Shown: one piece after another, positions 59,186 through 64,000 of the stretch
Layout: each line of letters opens with the position of its first letter
Position numbering within the stretch: position 1 is the stretch's first letter
From: Sedimentisphaeraceae bacterium JB056
GTDB taxonomy: Bacteria; Planctomycetota; Phycisphaerae; Sedimentisphaerales; Sedimentisphaeraceae
Assembly: GCA_044440125.1 (NCBI GenBank)
Contig: JBITAJ010000012.1
Location: 1 to 64,000, forward strand
DNA: 64,000 nt
Reading direction: 5' to 3'
Translations under genes and position numbers: made by a program
The notes under the pieces: generated by a model
Databases searched by the model: none
Told to the model about the DNA's origin: nothing
The model's input: the letters and a program-made list of their open reading frames with translations, nothing else

Positions 59186-60190
59186 TTATTGGACTGAGTC
59201 GCAGAAAGCCTCAAATACCTCATCTGGCACATCTGCGGGTATCTCACAGCCGGCACTGAGCATATAGCTTGTATCTTTTGCTTTTTGAATACAAGACTTT
59301 GCCTTTTGGGCACAAACCTGCGGTGTTGCCTGTAGAATATCAGCTACCGGATCGAGATTGCCCTTGAAGCATTTGCCGGCTTTGCCGTAAACACAGCAGG
59401 CTGTATCAAAGTCAACCATATGATCAACATTGAAAAGATCGGCGTCAGTTTTTACCATATCCTCAAGCAAAGCAGAGGTATTGCCGCATATATGGAGTTT
59501 TACAAGTCCGCCGGCGTTGTGTACCGCCTGAATAACACGCTTCTCATACGGCAGTGCGAATTCACGATACATCTCCGGAGAGATTAAGGATGCCGCTGCA
59601 TCTCCGGCACCGACCATATGCGCTCCGCTTTCAATTTGCAGTAATGCAAAATCAATAACTATATCGGTGAGAAATTCGAGGGTCGTATGAACAAGTTGCT
59701 GATTTTCGTAAGTCAGCATTAGAAGCTCACTTACGCCACATATCGAGCATGATTCGGCAAAAGGCATATCTACCCAGCCGGCTACCATACATCTGTCACC
59801 AATATTTTTTGACAGACACTCAACAGCTTTAGCCCTGTCGTACATTCTCGACGAAGCATTGGAAACATCAGGTCGTTTGAGAGAATTCAAATCCTGCAGA
59901 TTTCTCACCAAGGGAGCGGCAAGATGGGGTGGATGCTCTTCCGGGAAAACCATTTCTCCGCCAAGATCAGCCGATACCCTGAATGCATCCGAGCAGGCCG
60001 TTACTGCATCGACATTGAATTTTTCAAAAATGTTTAACTGAGATTGCGCAAGTACTTGTGCATCACTTGCAAACTGCCTGTAAGATGCGCCGATTCTTTT
60101 GGCTGCAAAACTCATCAAAAGTGGAAATACCGGCGTTCTGTCGACCTTTTTCCCTGCGATACTGTTCAAACATCTTTGCTTGGAGTTCAT
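59186..60190 (-). CDS. UROD / MtaA-CmuA-like methyltransferase-family protein
   Basis: Motifs DRTPVFP, GDAAASLISP, LHICG, KGNLDP and LSAGCEIP. Retains a full His-x-Cys...Cys zinc ligand set. Confidence 0.87.
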   Translation of the reverse strand: MNSKQRCLNSIAGKKVDRTPVFPLLMSFAAKRIGASYRQFASDAQVLAQSQLNIFEKFNVDAVTACSDAFRVSADLGGEMVFPEEHPPHLAAPLVRNLQDLNSLKRPDVSNASSRMYDRAKAVECLSKNIGDRCMVAGWVDMPFAESCSICGVSELLMLTYENQQLVHTTLEFLTDIVIDFALLQIESGAHMVGAGDAAASLISPEMYREFALPYEKRVIQAVHNAGGLVKLHICGNTSALLEDMVKTDADLFNVDHMVDFDTACCVYGKAGKCFKGNLDPVADILQATPQVCAQKAKSCIQKAKDTSYMLSAGCEIPADVPDEVFEAFCDSVQ

Positions 60191-60638
60191 AAATAATGAT
60201 TCCCTTAAATTTCTGCTAAATAGAAGGTGGAAAATAAATTACAGCTTCTGGACATTGAATATTAATATATACATGTACAAATTAAGTGCAAGTAAATAGT
60301 CTCTTATATTTCCGATAATCCTATCGGGTCTATTTATTTTCAAAATTTTATTGAAATCCACGATTTTGGCTGTCTTTCTCGACTTTTGCCGGCCTTACCT
60401 TTTCTTAAATCTCATAAAAGACGTTTTTTTTTGTATAAATAGTAAAAAAGTTGCTTTTTACTCGGTTTTATGGATACTTATAAAGGTATAATTGCGGCTT
60501 AGTGTAGCCGTAGAAATTTTAATAAACGTGAGCGTTCATAACCCAGGTGATGTTTATTGTATGAAATTGCAATATTATTGTTAAATGTATGAATGTTTAC
60601 AAATAAACAAAAAATCTTGCAGATAGTTTGGAGATTAT

Positions 60639-61199
60639 ATGAAAGCAACAGATATGAAAAAAGGTATGACCGTTACAATTGACGGAATACTATATTCGAT
60701 TGTGGATTATCAACACGTTAAACTGGGTAAGGGCGGTGCGGTTTACCAGACCAAGCTCAAAAACCTGATTGACGGCGGCATTCGCGATATAAGGCTCAGG
60801 GCTGAAGAGAATATTGAACAGGCTTATCTTGATAAGCGTAATTTCGAATATCTCTATTCAGCGGGCAGTGAACACGTACTTATGGACCTCGAAACTTATG
60901 ATCAGATCACTCTTGACGATGATCAGTTTGGTGAGGGAATGAAATACCTAAAGGGTAACGAGACACTTCAGGTAAGTATGTATAATGAAAAGCCTGTCCA
61001 GATTGTTCTGCCTACAACGGTAGATCTTGAAGTTACCGACACAGCCCCTGAAATCAAGGGTGCTACGGCAACGAATCAGTACAAACCTGCCACACTGGAA
61101 ACGGGTTTGGAAATTTCAGTCCCTCCTTTTATCAAACTTGGTGAAAAAATCCGTGTTGATACCAGAACTGGTGATTATGTAACCAGAGTTAAAGAATAG
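60639..61199 (+). CDS. efp: Translation elongation factor P
   Basis: Motifs HVKLGKGGA, YLY, MDLETYDQ, KGATA, KPATLETG, VPPFI and IRVDTRTGDY. GGAG RBS. Confidence 0.96.
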   Translation: MKATDMKKGMTVTIDGILYSIVDYQHVKLGKGGAVYQTKLKNLIDGGIRDIRLRAEENIEQAYLDKRNFEYLYSAGSEHVLMDLETYDQITLDDDQFGEGMKYLKGNETLQVSMYNEKPVQIVLPTTVDLEVTDTAPEIKGATATNQYKPATLETGLEISVPPFIKLGEKIRVDTRTGDYVTRVKE

Positions 61200-61211
61200 G
61201 CAATAAGGTTT

Positions 61212-61264
61212 GGAGTAACTTGCCGGGGCAGCAGTGAAAGCCGTTGCCCCGGGCTCCTTTTTTT
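61212..61264 (+). terminator. Intrinsic terminator between efp and secA
   Basis: CCGGGGCAGC/GTTGCCCCGG stem, outer GGAG/CTCC pairing, then T7. Confidence 0.75.
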
Positions 61265-61290
61265 GCAGTTGCAGCTATAGAAAGAATAAA

Positions 61291-64000
61291 ATGCTCTCGA
61301 AAATAAGTAAACTGCTCGTATCAATGTTCGGCTCTCGCAATGAACGTTTGGTAAAAGCGTATATGGATATTGCGCTTTCAGCCGGAGAATTTGAGCCTCA
61401 GATGAAGCAACTCACAGATGAGCAGATTAAGAGTCATACCAGCGTTCTGAAAGATAAGATCAACTCTGGCACCAAGGCTGAGTCTCTTCTGCCTGAAGCC
61501 TTTGCTCTTGTACGTGAAGCCGCGCGAAGAAACATGAATATGCGGCATTATGATGTTCAGCTTGTTGGTGGAAATGTCCTTTTTGAGGGTAAAATCGCAG
61601 AAATGGCTACTGGTGAGGGTAAAACGCTTGTTGCCACACTTGCTGCCTATCTTGTTCACTTACGTGGCAAGCATGTACATGTGATAACTGTTAATGATTA
61701 CCTGGCCAAACGTGACTGTGAGTGGATGAGACCTGTTTATGAGGCTCTTGGACTTACAGTTGGTGCTATACAGTCGGAAATGAATCCCGGCGGTGCCGAA
61801 CGAAAAGAGATGTACGCTCGTGATATCACCTATGGTACAAACAATGAATTCGGTTTTGATTATCTTCGTGACAATATGAAGATGAATGCAGAGCAGCTTG
61901 CCCAAGGCGAGCTTGAATTTGCTCTGATTGATGAGGTTGACTCGATTCTGATTGATGAGGCGCGTACCCCTCTTATTATCAGTGGTCCGGCGTTTGATGA
62001 TATCACACGGTATAAGAAGGCTGATACAGTCGTAAAAGGGCTGATTTCTCTTCAAAGTAAATACGACAGTGTTAAGAAAAGAATAGACCTTGCCGAGAAG
62101 GAAATTGCAGCCGCTGAAGGCGAGATATCTGACTCAGGCAAGGATAAGGAAAGATCTCAAAAAGCACGTGAAGTTCTTGAAAAAGCGAGATCTGAGAAGG
62201 AGCAATCTGAAGAAGAACTTGAAAATACTACCCAGTATTATGAAGTAGAGTACGACCGCAAGAGCGTTCATCTGACCCACGAGGGAACCGGTGCTGCGCA
62301 GGATCTTGCTGATGTCGGCTCGTTCTTTACCGGTACCAATATGGACTGGCCGCATCTTATAGAGCAGGGTCTGCGTGCGAGAATATGTTTTGAGCGTGAA
62401 AAAGATTATGTGGTGATGGATGGTAAAGTCGTTATTGTTGATGAGTTTACCGGTCGTTTGATGGAAGGTCGTCAGTGGTCTGATGGGCTTCACCAGGCAA
62501 TTGAGGCTAAAGAAAATGTTCAGATCAAAGAGGAGTCGCAAACTTTGGCGACAATAACCCTCCAGAACTTCTTCAAGCTTTATGATCAGATTGCCGGTAT
62601 GACAGGTACCGCGATGACTGAGGCCCAGGAATTCAGCGACATTTACGGTCTTGATACCGTTTCCATACCGACTAATAAGCCTTGTGTAAGAGATGACAAA
62701 GACGATCTTATTTTCAAGTCGATGAAGGAAAAATTCGCGGCTATTGTTGAAAATGTCAAGGACATAAGTCAAAGCGGCTGCCCCGTACTGGTAGGTACTG
62801 TAAGTATTGAGAAATCCGAGGCCATTTCCAATGCCTTGATTCGCAAATACGGTATCGAGCATGAGGTACTCAATGCTAAGCAGCATGCACGCGAGGCTTC
62901 TATTGTTGAAAAAGCGGGTTTTACTCATACCGGCAGAGATGGAAAGCAATGGGGAAATGTAACAATTGCTACGAATATGGCCGGTCGTGGTACAGATATC
63001 AAGCTTGGTGAAGGAGTCGCCGAAAGAGGCGGACTTCACATAATCGGTACTGAGCGACATGAATCGAGGCGTATTGATAATCAGCTTCGAGGTCGTGCGG
63101 GGCGTCAGGGAGACAACGGTGCCAGCCAATTCTTCCTGTCGTTCGATGATGATCTTCTGGCTATTTTCTCACCTGACTGGACAGTGAAAGCTCTTACCAG
63201 AACCGGCTGGAAGGAAGGCGATCCTGTTTTCCATCCGTGGATCAGCAGAGGTATAGAAAAAGCTCAGAAAAAAGTTGAGGAAAAGAACTATGAGTCGCGT
63301 AAATCACTTCTCGAATATGATGAAGTGATGGATTATCAACGTAAGATATTCTATACAAGAAGACGTGAGATTCTCAAAGGTGTGGATTTAAGGCAAATTA
63401 TCGAGGATATGATAGCTAATGTTGTATCTGACGCTTGCCAAAGCATATTAAATGAAGACTATCCTTACAACTGCATAGTTGAATGGGCCAGAAGCAACTT
63501 TAATGTTGATGTTACCCTGAAATCGATCAAAGGCGGTGAAATTGAGGATATTGAAAAGCATATAAAGAAGAATGCTAAGAAAGAAGTTGAGTCTGAGATT
63601 GAAATTGCTCTTGGTGAATATATTGAGGATTTCGAGGACAGATCGACCTGGAAGCTTGATAAGCTTTCAAAATGGATGATGAGTTCTTATAGTGCTGACG
63701 TTTCGGTTTCCAAACTTCGCAGTCTGGATGCTTATCAGATACAGGAAATGGTAACTCAGGCTGCATGTGGTCAGGTTGACAACAAAGACAGCTCCATGCT
63801 TGCAGAGTTTTTGAGCGATGACTTTGCGGAAAAAACTTTCCTGGATGCTGTTAATGCCCGTTTTAATCTGAAGCTGACGGTTGAAGATATAAAAGACCGT
63901 TCTTCTGAGGATATACAAGGGGCTATATTGACCTTGATTGCGGAGAAATATGATACTAAGGAGCTTGAGTATCCTATAGACTTTGCTCTTGGAATGGTAT
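61291..64000 (+). CDS. secA: Preprotein translocase ATPase SecA (runs off the window; absent from the ORF track)
   Basis: Own translation gives MLSKISKLLVSMFGSRNER, AEMATGEGKT, TVNDYLA, FGFDYLRDN, IDEVDSILIDEARTPLIISG, ATNMAGRGTDI and RRIDNQLRGRAGRQG. Confidence 0.97.
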   Translation, partial: MLSKISKLLVSMFGSRNERLVKAYMDIALSAGEFEPQMKQLTDEQIKSHTSVLKDKINSGTKAESLLPEAFALVREAARRNMNMRHYDVQLVGGNVLFEGKIAEMATGEGKTLVATLAAYLVHLRGKHVHVITVNDYLAKRDCEWMRPVYEALGLTVGAIQSEMNPGGAERKEMYARDITYGTNNEFGFDYLRDNMKMNAEQLAQGELEFALIDEVDSILIDEARTPLIISGPAFDDITRYKKADTVVKGLISLQSKYDSVKKRIDLAEKEIAAAEGEISDSGKDKERSQKAREVLEKARSEKEQSEEELENTTQYYEVEYDRKSVHLTHEGTGAAQDLADVGSFFTGTNMDWPHLIEQGLRARICFEREKDYVVMDGKVVIVDEFTGRLMEGRQWSDGLHQAIEAKENVQIKEESQTLATITLQNFFKLYDQIAGMTGTAMTEAQEFSDIYGLDTVSIPTNKPCVRDDKDDLIFKSMKEKFAAIVENVKDISQSGCPVLVGTVSIEKSEAISNALIRKYGIEHEVLNAKQHAREASIVEKAGFTHTGRDGKQWGNVTIATNMAGRGTDIKLGEGVAERGGLHIIGTERHESRRIDNQLRGRAGRQGDNGASQFFLSFDDDLLAIFSPDWTVKALTRTGWKEGDPVFHPWISRGIEKAQKKVEEKNYESRKSLLEYDEVMDYQRKIFYTRRREILKGVDLRQIIEDMIANVVSDACQSILNEDYPYNCIVEWARSNFNVDVTLKSIKGGEIEDIEKHIKKNAKKEVESEIEIALGEYIEDFEDRSTWKLDKLSKWMMSSYSADVSVSKLRSLDAYQIQEMVTQAACGQVDNKDSSMLAEFLSDDFAEKTFLDAVNARFNLKLTVEDIKDRSSEDIQGAILTLIAEKYDTKELEYPIDFALGMV

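Noticed and set aside
20889..60190. Calling the UROD-family genes hemE
   Set aside because: They lack the HemE N-terminal RQAGR motif, carry HxC metal motifs, and have no tetrapyrrole gene context.
62134..63129. 331-aa minus-strand ORF and other small minus ORFs at 61378-63918
   Set aside because: Antisense to secA, which the ORF track omitted because it runs off the window.

Overview
This 64-kb bacterial window is probably from an anaerobic Planctomycetota/PVC organism (Phycisphaerae-like). That assignment is inferred from DUF1559-type prepilin-like genes, dockerin-like tails, a PEP-CTERM protein and an extended SecA. Layout: (1) 1-3.7 kb is an AT-rich Rhs toxin/immunity fragment locus whose breakpoints coincide with a short CTGACCCCTTTAATT repeat. 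(2) 3.9-9.4 kb holds core genes: 2-oxoacid:ferredoxin oxidoreductase alpha/beta, an APC permease-EIIA fusion, tadA and tRNA-Ser(GGA). (3) 9.5-60.2 kb holds three consecutive carbohydrate-utilization modules. Each has an AraC or LacI regulator, an adjacent prepilin-like gene, a Na+/solute symporter, secreted dockerin-tailed proteins and glycosidases. Six UROD/MtaA-fold paralogs are scattered through this region and no SusC/D is present. (4) efp and a 3'-truncated secA end the window. Notable details are an intact dockerin-like domain hidden in frame behind a TGA stop (20625-20831), a degenerate att-like repeat bounding a 15.6-kb island at tRNA-Ser, a frameshifted sialate O-acetylesterase, and readable AraC and LacI operator architectures. 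All family calls are from motif recognition by eye; no database searches were run.
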